DNA from: Candidatus Bathyarchaeota archaeon
GTDB lineage: Archaea; Thermoproteota; Bathyarchaeia; Bathyarchaeales; DTEX01
Assembly (NCBI GenBank): GCA_018396635.1
Contig: JAGTQE010000003.1
Location: 46,642 to 110,641 of the forward strand
Length of the DNA: 64,000 nucleotides
Direction of reading: 5' to 3'
The notes under the pieces are model-generated. The model made no database searches and was not told the DNA's origin. It worked only from the letters and a program-made list of their open reading frames with translations. The position numbers were made by a program, and so were the translations under genes. This document shows positions 50,393 through 60,955 of the stretch, in pieces (within the stretch, counting starts at the first letter, position 1; each line of letters opens with the position of its first letter).

Positions 50393-51811
50393 CTAGACGC
50401 CAGCGTCAAATATGTCCGGCTTAATTCTCTTTTTACTTCTTTTCAGCCTTTTAAAGCAGAAGAAAAGTAATGCTCCTATAGTTAATCCAGCAATTAAGAC
50501 TGCTGCCAGCTTAGTATAATTTCTTCTCCAGATAGCTTTCACCTCTCTCGGTCCGTCAACATAGACTTTAACTGTTCCTTTATCTAGAATTATGTCCTTA
50601 TCCAGGTTTAACCCTTCAAAATGATCAAATGTTATTGGAATTAAAGAGTCGAATTCTGTTTTTTTAAGCTTTATTGTGGCGTACGTGCCCTTATAATACC
50701 ATCCGGATCCAGTAATCTCTCCATGCTCAGTCTCAGCGGAGACATAGTAAGTATTCTCTTTTGGAATTAGGGCGTTCAATAGATCTTCTCGCCACCTATT
50801 CTCTATCGGGTCGTAAACCCCGAAGCCAGCGCAGAACTCCCAGTAGCACCATGCAATGCCCCTCTTCTCAGCCTCCCTAGCTACAAAATATGTCCATCTA
50901 ACCCTAGAATTCATGTCGGCTTTACTATAAGCCCCAAATTCTCCAAGTAGCAGTGGGATCTCTCCATGCTCTCTAGCCCATTGAGCTGCTATATCTAGCT
51001 CATTTATAATCTGTTTCCGCTCTTCCTCAGTTCCCAGCCATTTTCTTCCAACGGGTGGAGAAGGAGTAACCCATTCGGCCCCCTGATGAGTAAACTCAAA
51101 CGGAGTGTACAGATGAAATGTAACTATTATGTTTTCATCGTCAGGTACAGATAGATTCTTAAGGCTGTGAACACTATTCCAGTCAACTGGCCCTATCACT
51201 ATTTTTCTCGTAGGATTGGTCTCCCTTATAATTTTGACAGCATCTAAAAGCAGAGCGTTCCATAAATCGCTTGTTAAAGCACCATGCGGTTCATTGAGCA
51301 GTTCAAAATAAAGGTTTTTAGGATAATTTTTGTAATGCTCAGATATTTGCCGCCAAATGGCCAGAAAGCGTTCCCAATGCCCTTGCGGGTCGAGCATTAT
51401 CTCCTCATAATGGTGAACATTAATTATCACGGTCAAATTCTGCTCTAAAGCCTTACTTATAACGTGATCCACTCTTCCAAAAAATTCGTCATTAATTTTG
51501 TATGGCGACTTCTCTTCAGCATGCGCGGACCACCTTATGGGTATTCTGATGATATTAAAGCCAGCCTCGCTTATTATTCTGAAATACTCATCCTTTATGT
51601 AAACTCCCCACGCCCCTTCCTCAGGAGCCTCAAGGGCATTCCCAATGTTCACCCCACGCCCAAATCCGCTGGTAGGCTTCTCACTCTCACTTGTTCTGGT
51701 TTGCAGAGGGTGGCTGCATAAAATCCTTGGTGACGCTTGGCTTATCAATGTTGCTAGAAACAGTAGGAGCAGCACTTCATGTATATATAGATGAGGTAAT
51801 CTCATATCCAT
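50393..51811 (-). CDS. Membrane-anchored GH5 endoglucanase
   Basis: Signal-like N-terminus, GVNIGNALEAP, RIPIRW, ELLNEP, FTHQGAEW, LGEFG; C-terminal TM helix with basic tail. Confidence 0.92.
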   Translation of the reverse strand: MDMRLPHLYIHEVLLLLFLATLISQASPRILCSHPLQTRTSESEKPTSGFGRGVNIGNALEAPEEGAWGVYIKDEYFRIISEAGFNIIRIPIRWSAHAEEKSPYKINDEFFGRVDHVISKALEQNLTVIINVHHYEEIMLDPQGHWERFLAIWRQISEHYKNYPKNLYFELLNEPHGALTSDLWNALLLDAVKIIRETNPTRKIVIGPVDWNSVHSLKNLSVPDDENIIVTFHLYTPFEFTHQGAEWVTPSPPVGRKWLGTEEERKQIINELDIAAQWAREHGEIPLLLGEFGAYSKADMNSRVRWTYFVAREAEKRGIAWCYWEFCAGFGVYDPIENRWREDLLNALIPKENTYYVSAETEHGEITGSGWYYKGTYATIKLKKTEFDSLIPITFDHFEGLNLDKDIILDKGTVKVYVDGPREVKAIWRRNYTKLAAVLIAGLTIGALLFFCFKRLKRSKKRIKPDIFDAGV

Positions 51812-51813
51812 AT

Positions 51814-52398
51814 CTACCCTATATCCTGCAGCCTCAGTTTTTTAGCCCCCCTTTCAAGCATTTCTTTTATAGCTTTCTCCACGTCTCCCGGTGTTGCATC
51901 TATTCCCCTCACAGCATCCTCTAGAAGGAATGTTTCAAAGCCGTATCTTAACGCGTCTAAAACCGTGCTTTTAACACAATACTCTGTCGCAAGCCCGCCA
52001 ACAAAAACTCTCCTCACACCAGCCCTCCTTAACCTCTCTTCTAGATCTGTTCCCTCAAACCCGGAATAAGCCTCCCTAGATGGGTCTGTAGCCTTAGAGA
52101 CTACGATGACATCATCTGGCAAATTCAAATCCGGGTGGAACTTCGCCCCCTCAGTTCCCTGGACACAATGCGGCGGCCAGAGACCACCATAATTTTTAAA
52201 TGATACATGATTTGGTGGATGCCAATCCCTGGTGGCGACTATGAGGGCGCCGGCCGCACGAAATCTCCTTATATATTCATTTAGTACCGGAACTACTTCA
52301 TCGCCTCTTGGGACAGGTAATGCACCTCCAGGGCAGAAATCAACTTGAACATCAACTATTATTAAGGCATCTTCCTTCCCTTCAATCCTATACTTCAA
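51814..52398 (-). CDS. pncA: Nicotinamidase
   Basis: VDVQ.DFCPGGAL, DWHP, WPPHCVQ, GLATEYCV; TTG start after GGAGGT. Confidence 0.92.
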   Translation of the reverse strand: MKYRIEGKEDALIIVDVQVDFCPGGALPVPRGDEVVPVLNEYIRRFRAAGALIVATRDWHPPNHVSFKNYGGLWPPHCVQGTEGAKFHPDLNLPDDVIVVSKATDPSREAYSGFEGTDLEERLRRAGVRRVFVGGLATEYCVKSTVLDALRYGFETFLLEDAVRGIDATPGDVEKAIKEMLERGAKKLRLQDIG

Positions 52399-52486
52399 AG
52401 GGAGACCTCCCAGCGCCAAAAATAAGATTGAACTAAAGAAATTAATAAGGATACTTATTTCATTATTAACTAGGGGATGCACCGCC

Positions 52487-55400
52487 TTGAGTAGCGACAT
52501 TAAGGTTTTGGAGAAGATTTCCACAAAAATGGCTTATGAAGTCTTTGAGGATCCCGTACCGTACTTTGACAGCAGACATTACCCGTATACTAAACTCAGC
52601 GTGTTTAGTCCTAAGCCATCGCCTACTGATTATAGAGAGATAGAATTAGAGAATGCTTTCCTTAAAATATCTTTTATACCCGATCTTGGGGCGCGCATCT
52701 TCTCGGCGGTTGATAAAGTATCCGGCCGCCACATCTTCAACCACATAGATCTTATTAGGCCAGCACTGATAGCTGCTAGGGGTGCTTGGATTGCGGTTGG
52801 ACTGGAGTTTAACCTTTGCCCATTCCCATCACATACAGTGGACAATTTTTCGCCAGTAGACTATATTATAGAGAAAGGTGAAGATGGAAGAGTATCAGTA
52901 ATTTTGGGCAGCCTAAATCTAATCAATGGCATTGAGTATGCGGTTATTGTAAAGATAAGACCCTATTCTTCAATGATTGAGACGGAGATAAGAACGCTCA
53001 ATACAAGCTTAACTCCAGAACGGTATTACTTCTGGTCTAATGCTGCATTGCCCACCACTTATGGCCTGAAAATATTTTATCCTGGCTCCCTCACTAATAT
53101 CGGGCGATTCCCAATTAATGAGGAAGGAGTTGACTTAAGGTGGTATAGAAACTACATCAGGCCCACAAGCCTTTTTATTCTTGATTCCGAGGAGGATTTC
53201 TTCGCCGCTTACAATTATGAGTATGATTTAGGATTAGTTCATGTGGCGGATCATAATATTGTTCCCGGAAAGAAATTCTGGACTTGGGGTGTATCTGAAG
53301 ACGGCTTGTTCTGGAGGGATGTATTATCGGATAAGGGGATTCCGTATATAGAAATACAGAGTGGAAGGTTCCTAACGCAGGGGATAGTTGAACTTGCAAA
53401 CCCATTGAGCTTCGAGTCTTGGACTGAGTACTGGTACCCTGTAAGAGGCCTCAGAAACATTATATTTGCAAATAAAAATGCCGCGATCGACGTGGAAGAA
53501 ATTGGAAATGGGAAAATTATATTGAGGGTTTCACCGTCAATGGAGTTTAAGAACGCTAGGCTTAAGATAGTAAGTCCGAGGGAGGAGATAATCTACGAGG
53601 AAATAGTGGATTTATCACCTAAACATACGTTAGTGAGGGAGCTAAGCGTAAATGTTGAGAAGCCAATTCTCAAAATTTTCTCAGAAGATGGGAGGGAGAT
53701 TCTCTCATGGGACTTTAGAAGCTATAGGACTAGCCTACCCGAGACTCCATCCTGGAAAGGCGAAGCGGAAGATTGGGGTTGGAGAGATAGTAATGAAGAG
53801 CTTTGGCTGAAGGGTATTGACGCTTTTAAGAGGGAGCATCCTAAAGTGGCTGAAAGGTTCTTTCAGAAATCTCTGGAAAAAGATCCGGGGTTCTCTAGAA
53901 GCCTAGCTTGGCTCGGCCTACTACGCTACCTTTCCGGTCTATATGAGGACGCTGAAAGCCTCCTCAAGATGGCTTTAAGGAGAAATCCTTATGACGACGA
54001 TGCGCGATACTATCTCTGCTTAACGCTAATCGCATTAAATAGAAATGATGATGCTGAAAGGAACCTCTGGAGACTTTACACTTTTGGGAAGAATAGATCT
54101 TTAGCCCTATATCTTCTAGGAGTGTTGAAGGCTAAGCTTGAACTCTATGAGGAGGCTGAGAAGTTTCTTAGGGAGGCTGCTGCAAGTAACAGTTTTAATT
54201 TGAGGGCTTTGACGTTGCTATCAGCCATATTAAGGAGGCGGGGAAAAAGGGAGGAAGCATTAGAAATCCTTAAAAGATGCGCTGAGCTTATGCCGCTGGA
54301 CTATTTAGTTATTTCTGAAAAGTATCTTCTCTCATCGGATAAGGATGCCGAAAAAGTATTGTTCTCTAATTATCAGAAGGTTCTTGAGGCTTCAAAGGAA
54401 TACATTTTCGCCGGTCTATTTGATGATGCTGCAAAGATATTAGATACGGCTTTAGGGCATGGAATTAAAAATCCTTTGATATACTATTATTTAGGCTATG
54501 CTCTTAAAAAGATGGGGCGGATCAAGGACGCTGAATATTATTACAGGAAAGGTGAGAAGGAGAGTATTGATTATATTTTCCCGCATAGGTTAATGGACAT
54601 TGAGGTTTTGAGGGATGCAGTCTCCTCTCTTGAAGGGTGTCAGACAGCGCACTATCTACTTGGTAATGTTCTTTTCCATGTTGGTAGATGGGAAGAGGCT
54701 TTGAGCGAATGGGAGAAGGCGCTGTATAGTGGGCTAGAGCATCCAATCCTATATCGTAATATAGGCTTCTCATATAATATTCTAACAAATGAATGGGATA
54801 AGATCATTGAAGCCTATAAAAAAGCCATTGAGCTATCACCTAAAAACCATGTGTTGTATAATGAGCTGAGCGACATTTATTCAAAGATTGGCCTCTTTGA
54901 TGAGAGTTTAAATCTGCTTGAGGGCGCTCCAGCCGAGGCTAAGAGATATTCTTTGATCGCTAAGCTATGTTCGGCGTATGTTGATGTGGGAAGGGCAGAC
55001 GAAGCCTTGAAGATACTGCTTAACACTTATTTTGAGCCGACGGAAGGGTATTTTGGCTTCTGGGAGATATATGTTGACGCGTTAATTTTTAAGGGCCTCA
55101 AGATGCTTAGGGAGAATAGGGTAAAGGAAGCTTTAGATTGTTTCATTAGAGCGATGGATTATCCCAGAAATCTTGGCGTGGGTGCCCCTCACCCTAAGTA
55201 TAGGCATGATGTCCTTCAACTATACTACGCTGGGATAGCGTATGAGATGCTTGGCGATCTAGATAACGCCGAAAAACTTTGGAAGGATGCTCTTCAGCGG
55301 TCCGCCGATATGGTAAGTGAGCATAAAGTCTTCCAGGCGCTTATCCTTAAGAAGCTTAAGAGGTTCTCTGAAGCTGATGCGCTACTAGAGAATATAGTTA

Positions 55401-55645
55401 GAGAGGCGGAATTAAGAATTAAGGACATATGTGAGAGGGTTGGTGGCGCTGAGAGTTCCCTGGCACGGCTGCTCCATTACGATGATGTCCTAGCATACAT
55501 GTTTTACGTGGTTGGCATCGCGGAGATTGCTCGTGGCAAAATGGCTCAAGGGCTAGCTGAAATCGATAAGGCTTTGAACATAAATAAGGCTATGAGACAC
55601 GCCCGATGGATTAGGGAAGGGAAATTTTTGTTTGATATAACTTGA
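52487..55645 (+). CDS. DUF5107-like N-domain plus TPR-repeat protein
   Basis: LEN.FLKI..IP.LG.RI, YFWSNA, PGKKFWTWG, YIEIQSGR, followed by many TPR-like repeats. Confidence 0.85.
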   Translation: MSSDIKVLEKISTKMAYEVFEDPVPYFDSRHYPYTKLSVFSPKPSPTDYREIELENAFLKISFIPDLGARIFSAVDKVSGRHIFNHIDLIRPALIAARGAWIAVGLEFNLCPFPSHTVDNFSPVDYIIEKGEDGRVSVILGSLNLINGIEYAVIVKIRPYSSMIETEIRTLNTSLTPERYYFWSNAALPTTYGLKIFYPGSLTNIGRFPINEEGVDLRWYRNYIRPTSLFILDSEEDFFAAYNYEYDLGLVHVADHNIVPGKKFWTWGVSEDGLFWRDVLSDKGIPYIEIQSGRFLTQGIVELANPLSFESWTEYWYPVRGLRNIIFANKNAAIDVEEIGNGKIILRVSPSMEFKNARLKIVSPREEIIYEEIVDLSPKHTLVRELSVNVEKPILKIFSEDGREILSWDFRSYRTSLPETPSWKGEAEDWGWRDSNEELWLKGIDAFKREHPKVAERFFQKSLEKDPGFSRSLAWLGLLRYLSGLYEDAESLLKMALRRNPYDDDARYYLCLTLIALNRNDDAERNLWRLYTFGKNRSLALYLLGVLKAKLELYEEAEKFLREAAASNSFNLRALTLLSAILRRRGKREEALEILKRCAELMPLDYLVISEKYLLSSDKDAEKVLFSNYQKVLEASKEYIFAGLFDDAAKILDTALGHGIKNPLIYYYLGYALKKMGRIKDAEYYYRKGEKESIDYIFPHRLMDIEVLRDAVSSLEGCQTAHYLLGNVLFHVGRWEEALSEWEKALYSGLEHPILYRNIGFSYNILTNEWDKIIEAYKKAIELSPKNHVLYNELSDIYSKIGLFDESLNLLEGAPAEAKRYSLIAKLCSAYVDVGRADEALKILLNTYFEPTEGYFGFWEIYVDALIFKGLKMLRENRVKEALDCFIRAMDYPRNLGVGAPHPKYRHDVLQLYYAGIAYEMLGDLDNAEKLWKDALQRSADMVSEHKVFQALILKKLKRFSEADALLENIVREAELRIKDICERVGGAESSLARLLHYDDVLAYMFYVVGIAEIARGKMAQGLAEIDKALNINKAMRHARWIREGKFLFDIT

Positions 55646-55717
55646 TATAAACAATAAAGCGAAGGGGATGAAAGATTTGTTTTGGTCGCTACTTAATTAA
55701 GCCAGGTCTAAGCATTA

Positions 55718-57982
55718 TTATAGTTTAATCTCTTCCTCCCAAGATTCCCATTTAGTTTTGAGCTCATATCTCCAGTATTCTCTCTCCGTCTTAAAGTAAC
55801 CTTCTCTTTCTATGTCCGGTCTATGACTAAGGTCTATAACTGAGGGTTCATCTGAAGAGAATAATTTGATTCCTTTAAAGAACAATTTCATGCCATCGAT
55901 GAATGCAAATCTCAGGGTATTATCTGGAAGCAGCCCCATATATATGTAGGCTGCATCGCTCTCAATCTCGCCGTAGCGGACTTTTCCGTCTTCGTATGTG
56001 TAAACTGGCCTTATATGGGGTCTAACTAGCCCTATGGAGAGGTCGTGCTTTGCGCATACCGTTATGTCCCTGCTTGGTAGATTGATCCTTATGGCTGTTG
56101 CCCTAGGATATTTATCTGCATCCATCATTCTTATTCCATCTAAAATCTTATCTATTGACTCGTTCTCTTTGTGAGGCCATAACACGGTTGTAAAGGAAAA
56201 GTACTCCCCTCCACGAAAGTCTCTGGAAATCGTTTGGTAAACGCACTTCTCCGGAAGGTAGCAACGCATAGCGTCCTCAACATTAATAGATCCGTCCTCA
56301 ACGGGACTAAAATATATTAGAAGACGTCTCCCCTCCTTATTCGGCCAAGCTAATAGCTTCCTTTGCTCCATTGTTATCTTTGGATTAAAGAGCGCTCCAA
56401 CAACACCAATACGCTCGATGGATGTATCAAAATATCCATCTCCTACTTCATGTATCCTCTGTGTCCAGAAGAGATTGCTTAGCGTAAACTTTCCATCACG
56501 CAGAATTCTTATGCCATCGTGTATTATGAATGCTTCTAATCCTTTCAGATACGTTATGATTCTATCCCAATGATAGCTGTTTCTCTCATCTATAACCTCT
56601 GTGCGGCTAACATCTACATCTTTAAAGATCTTAAAATGAACCCTTCTTGTTCTAGTTTGCTGATAATCTAATTTTTTGCGTAGAAAGCTGAGGAGTTTTT
56701 GGCATGCCGGCTCTCCCTCCCGCACAACTATGCGGTTGTGGTAGACATCCGCTCTATATTCGCCGTTAGGCAGGGCTTCCCGATAACCTCCATCATGAAG
56801 AAGAAATGCTCCATCGTAAATTAACGCTATAATGGAGTTTTCGTCGGCGTGTCCGTGATGCATCTTTTCAGCCGTGACTACTAAGGTGTTTCGCAAATGC
56901 TCCTTATAATACCAGCCGATGTCACCCTCATCCATGTAGTTTAACAGCATGTATGTTGAGCTTTCGTCCCATCCGCTTCTGAAAACGATCTTCTTGCCGA
57001 TGACTTCGTCTAAAGCTTCTTGGCTGAGTATGTGGGGCTTTTTAGGCTCTATTGAGTCATCAGCCCATAGGTAGGCGAAGACCGAGAAGATCCCGAACTT
57101 CTCTTCCTTTCTTGTAAAACGGAAGATCCTGTCCGCAGCATACTTCATGTATGGGTCTCGATAGATTGATGCCCCCTTCTCTAATATCATCATATAGAGG
57201 TCTGTTGGAGAGCCCCATGATGCATCCCCAAAATCAGGAATCATGCCGAGGGGACATAAAAGGAGAGTGAAGTAATCGAAGTAATATTTCAATATTGGTG
57301 ACTGGAAAATCGCATAGTTTTTTTCAACCAGGTCTATGTAGAGAAGTATGTCTGCTAGCCATATCGCTGAGTAGAGTTCGCTGTCTTCAAGAGACCAATG
57401 CCTCAGACTAGCTTCAACTAATATATTGCCAAGCTTGCTCCATAGATGTGCTCTTGGATGTTCTGGAAACATCTTTGCGGCGTAAGTTAATGCTAGCCCC
57501 CTCTTAATCGCTCGGTTATGCGGTCCCCATTCTGGGAAGGCAAAGATTGGCTCCAGTGAGTGGTCGACTATACGCTTAAATTCCTCTACGTCATCTGCTT
57601 TAACTACCCCGCTGTCTTTTATTAGTTCATATGCGAATAGAAAGAGGGTGACACCATTAAACCAATTTACTACTGGATATACTTTTCGCCCGATCTTCCC
57701 CGAAAGAATACCAGGCAGCTTAGAGTATATCAGTAATGATTCCCTCGACTCCTCAGCATACTTAATATCGCTTGTAATAGAGTAAAATAGACTTTCTAGA
57801 ACAGCCCGTGTTACCGGCGCCATTGGCGGATCGAATGTTTTTGTCTCAACAGCTCTCTCAAGCCACTCATTCATTTGCTTGTCAAAATCTTTTACAATTC
57901 TCTCATAATATTTCCTGATAAACTCTAAATATTCCCTTTTGGTAGTCAAAGATCTCTCACCTGTAGATCCGAACAACCGCAT
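55718..57982 (-). CDS. Heparinase II/III-like polysaccharide lyase-fold protein
   Basis: Helical N-domain with HN motif, PDFGD, FRSGW, HHGHADENS, HN.IVV. Confidence 0.65.
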   Translation of the reverse strand: MRLFGSTGERSLTTKREYLEFIRKYYERIVKDFDKQMNEWLERAVETKTFDPPMAPVTRAVLESLFYSITSDIKYAEESRESLLIYSKLPGILSGKIGRKVYPVVNWFNGVTLFLFAYELIKDSGVVKADDVEEFKRIVDHSLEPIFAFPEWGPHNRAIKRGLALTYAAKMFPEHPRAHLWSKLGNILVEASLRHWSLEDSELYSAIWLADILLYIDLVEKNYAIFQSPILKYYFDYFTLLLCPLGMIPDFGDASWGSPTDLYMMILEKGASIYRDPYMKYAADRIFRFTRKEEKFGIFSVFAYLWADDSIEPKKPHILSQEALDEVIGKKIVFRSGWDESSTYMLLNYMDEGDIGWYYKEHLRNTLVVTAEKMHHGHADENSIIALIYDGAFLLHDGGYREALPNGEYRADVYHNRIVVREGEPACQKLLSFLRKKLDYQQTRTRRVHFKIFKDVDVSRTEVIDERNSYHWDRIITYLKGLEAFIIHDGIRILRDGKFTLSNLFWTQRIHEVGDGYFDTSIERIGVVGALFNPKITMEQRKLLAWPNKEGRRLLIYFSPVEDGSINVEDAMRCYLPEKCVYQTISRDFRGGEYFSFTTVLWPHKENESIDKILDGIRMMDADKYPRATAIRINLPSRDITVCAKHDLSIGLVRPHIRPVYTYEDGKVRYGEIESDAAYIYMGLLPDNTLRFAFIDGMKLFFKGIKLFSSDEPSVIDLSHRPDIEREGYFKTEREYWRYELKTKWESWEEEIKL

Positions 57983-58072
57983 ATTTAAAAATTTTCCGTA
58001 AAGTCGCCGGTTTTCAAAAAGTTTATCTAGTCTCGTTATATTTCTCTTTTGAATATTAAATGCGTGGGGAGT

Positions 58073-59062
58073 ATGTCTCAGCAGAAGGTCATCATTAGTG
58101 TTAGGAACTTAACTGTTGAGTTTAGGGTTCCTAGGGGAATTCTTAGGGCTGTTGATGGTTTAGACTTAGATGTCTATGAGGGAGAGGTTCTTGGGCTTGT
58201 TGGCGAGAGCGGTTGCGGGAAGTCTGTTTTTGCGCATGCCCTACTTAAGCTGGTTGACATAAATGGATATATCAAGTCTGGGAAAGTTATATTTGACGGC
58301 ACGAAAGATGTTTATTCTTTAGGGAAGAAGGAGTTAAGGGAATACCGCTGGAAGGATGTTGCATTGATATTTCAGGGCGCTTTCAATTCTCTAAACCCAG
58401 TAATGAAGGTTTTCGATCACATGGTTGACACTGTTTTAGCGCATGAAAAGAACGTGTCAAGCGAGGAGATTAAAAAGAGGTCTATAGAGCTTCTGAAGAT
58501 GGTTAGACTAGATCCAGAGACAGTTCTTGGGCGTTATCCGCATGAGTTAAGTGGTGGGATGAAGCAGAGAACTGTTAGCGCAATGGCACTATTACTTAGA
58601 CCTAAAGTCCTCATATTGGATGAACCCACATCAGCCCTAGATGTGCTGACGCAGAAGTTCTTTATAAGGATCCTTAAAGATTTAAGGAAAGAGTTTGGCC
58701 TTACAATGATATTTATAACACATGACTTAGCTACTGTAGCCGAGATAGCTGATAGAGTGGCTATAATGTATGGTGGAACTATAGTTGAAATCGGCAATGT
58801 TGAGGATATATTTTACAGGTCGAGACACCCCTACACTAGAGCGCTCTTGAATGCAATCCCCTCAATAGTTGGGGATATTAGCAAGCTTAAACCCTTACCC
58901 GGCCCTCTGCCAGATCCAGTTAATCCTCCGCCTGGATGCGGCTTTCACCCGCGCTGCCCCTATGCCATCCAGATCTGTAGGGAGGTTAGACCGGAATTAG
59001 AGAGGATCGATGCTGTGAGTTTTGTGGCATGTCATCGTTGGAGGGAGCTGAAGTTTGACTGA
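58073..59062 (+). CDS. oppD: Opp/Dpp-type ABC transporter ATP-binding subunit
   Basis: GESGCGKS, YPHELSGGMKQR, DEPT, HPYT, C-terminal GC.FHPRC. Confidence 0.93.
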   Translation: MSQQKVIISVRNLTVEFRVPRGILRAVDGLDLDVYEGEVLGLVGESGCGKSVFAHALLKLVDINGYIKSGKVIFDGTKDVYSLGKKELREYRWKDVALIFQGAFNSLNPVMKVFDHMVDTVLAHEKNVSSEEIKKRSIELLKMVRLDPETVLGRYPHELSGGMKQRTVSAMALLLRPKVLILDEPTSALDVLTQKFFIRILKDLRKEFGLTMIFITHDLATVAEIADRVAIMYGGTIVEIGNVEDIFYRSRHPYTRALLNAIPSIVGDISKLKPLPGPLPDPVNPPPGCGFHPRCPYAIQICREVRPELERIDAVSFVACHRWRELKFD

Positions 59063-60059
59063 AACTCCATTAATTGAGGCCAGAAATTTATCTAAGGTTT
59101 TTGCTGTAGGCGGTGGCATGTTTGCTAAGAAGAGGTTTATAAGGGCTGTGGATGATGTCTCTCTTAAAATTAATAGAGGGGAGAATGTTGCGCTTGTTGG
59201 TGAGAGTGGCTGTGGGAAGAGCACTTTAGGAAGACTTCTTCTAGGCCTTCTCTATCCGACGAGCGGCTCAGTCCTCTATAAAGGCAAAGATATCTGGAGG
59301 ATGAATGAGAAGGAGTTTAAGGAGTTCCGGCGTAAAGCCCAAATAATACATCAGGATCCATACTCGAGTATAAATCCTGTTAGAACAATTTTTCAATCCC
59401 TGGCGCCAGCTATGATTCAACATAAAATTGTTCAAAGTAGGGAAGAAGCCTTTAAGAGAGCTGCTGAGTTGCTTGGTTTGGTGGGTCTTAATCCTCCAGA
59501 AGACTTTCTCTCAAGATACCCTTCAAGGATGAGTGGTGGGCAGATGCAGAGGATAATTTTGGCTAGAGCTCTATCAGTTAACCCAGACTTTATTGTTGCG
59601 GATGAGGCAGTTTCAATGCTTGACGCCTGTCTTAGGATAGGCGCCCTAGATTTAATGCTAGACTTACAGAAGAAGTTTCAGCACGCCTACCTCTTTATCA
59701 CGCATGACTTGGCTATAGCACGATACTTTATATTGAAGGGAGGGGGGCGCATAGTAATTATGTATTTGGGTAAAATTGTTGAAGTTGGGGACGGGGACTC
59801 GGTGATCCAAAAGCCAGCTCACCCCTATACGCAGGCGCTTATAGCAGCAACGCCGATTCCTGATCCAAAAATCTCTAGGGAGAGGGAGCTACCTAAGCTT
59901 AAGAGTCTTGATGTGCCAAGGCTCACTGAGGCGATTCCAGGATGCAAGTTTAACACTAGATGTCCATATTCGGAGAAGATATGTGCTGAGGTGGTTCCTG
60001 AGATTAGGGAGGTTAAGGGCCGGTTGGTGGCATGTCACTTCGCTGAAAACTTTATATGA
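59055..60059 (+). CDS. oppF: Opp/Dpp-type ABC transporter ATP-binding subunit
   Basis: GESGCGKST, SGGQMQR, HPYTQAL, GCKFNTRC. Confidence 0.93.
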   Translation: MTETPLIEARNLSKVFAVGGGMFAKKRFIRAVDDVSLKINRGENVALVGESGCGKSTLGRLLLGLLYPTSGSVLYKGKDIWRMNEKEFKEFRRKAQIIHQDPYSSINPVRTIFQSLAPAMIQHKIVQSREEAFKRAAELLGLVGLNPPEDFLSRYPSRMSGGQMQRIILARALSVNPDFIVADEAVSMLDACLRIGALDLMLDLQKKFQHAYLFITHDLAIARYFILKGGGRIVIMYLGKIVEVGDGDSVIQKPAHPYTQALIAATPIPDPKISRERELPKLKSLDVPRLTEAIPGCKFNTRCPYSEKICAEVVPEIREVKGRLVACHFAENFI

Positions 60060-60093
60060 TGAGGTTTAAAATTATATTTTGAGCGATGGTTGA

Positions 60094-60876
60094 ATGATTG
60101 GAAAGAAGCTTCTTCTAATATTATCCTTAGTAATTGTATTAGCGGCGGGTGCATGGTTTTTCTATTTTGTTCCAAACGCCTCTCCTAAACTTTCCTCGCC
60201 GCCTATAGATATCTCTCTTAACGTCTATGTGAACCAGACGGCAATATACGCTTATGAATCTCCTGTTGAATCTATGTTTGGCTCCTCCCTTAAAGTGAGC
60301 ATAGACTACTTTCCTGAAGAGATTATGCTTACAACCGTGAACTATGAGGTTATTCCTCGAGTCTTTCCATATATATTAGAAGTGAATTTGGAGAAGGGTA
60401 AAAACTTCTCTTTCTCTCTTTATGTTACGGCTTTTAGGCCTGGAAGCTACATTGTTAATTTACGTTTCCTATTATCTTATTGGATCTTCTCCCAAGAGTA
60501 TCGGCAGAAGATAATTGTGAATGCCAGCCTCCCGAAACCGCCTGCTCAGGTTAAACCGATCTCAATACTACTCGATAAAACATCTTATACTCAGGGCGAA
60601 CCTATATTAATCACAATCATAAATAATCTTAATGAATCTATTATGTTTGCTAATGCTGCTTGTGAGCTCCGTTTTGAAATTTTTAACGGCACATCTTGGG
60701 TTTATGTTAGGAATGTTTCTGGCGATCCCACACCAGTCAGCTTAGAGCCCGGGGGGAGAATAACTGTGAGGGATATGTTGTATCTTTCCTCAGGCGTCCC
60801 CTTCCAGCCTGGAAGATATCGTGTTGGGACGCGTGATGTATACGTGGAATTCAACGTTGTGAGGCCGATGACATAA
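60094..60876 (+). CDS. Membrane-anchored or secreted Ig-like hypothetical protein
   Basis: N-terminal TM helix; DKTSYTQGEPI.ITI.N and PG.Y beta-sandwich patterns. Confidence 0.75.
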   Translation: MIGKKLLLILSLVIVLAAGAWFFYFVPNASPKLSSPPIDISLNVYVNQTAIYAYESPVESMFGSSLKVSIDYFPEEIMLTTVNYEVIPRVFPYILEVNLEKGKNFSFSLYVTAFRPGSYIVNLRFLLSYWIFSQEYRQKIIVNASLPKPPAQVKPISILLDKTSYTQGEPILITIINNLNESIMFANAACELRFEIFNGTSWVYVRNVSGDPTPVSLEPGGRITVRDMLYLSSGVPFQPGRYRVGTRDVYVEFNVVRPMT

Positions 60877-60955
60877 ATAAGATGTCATCATATTTGTGGA
60901 TTTAAGGGATTTTGAGAAAGATTTAAATTTAATCCTTCCTTATATAGGGTGAGGC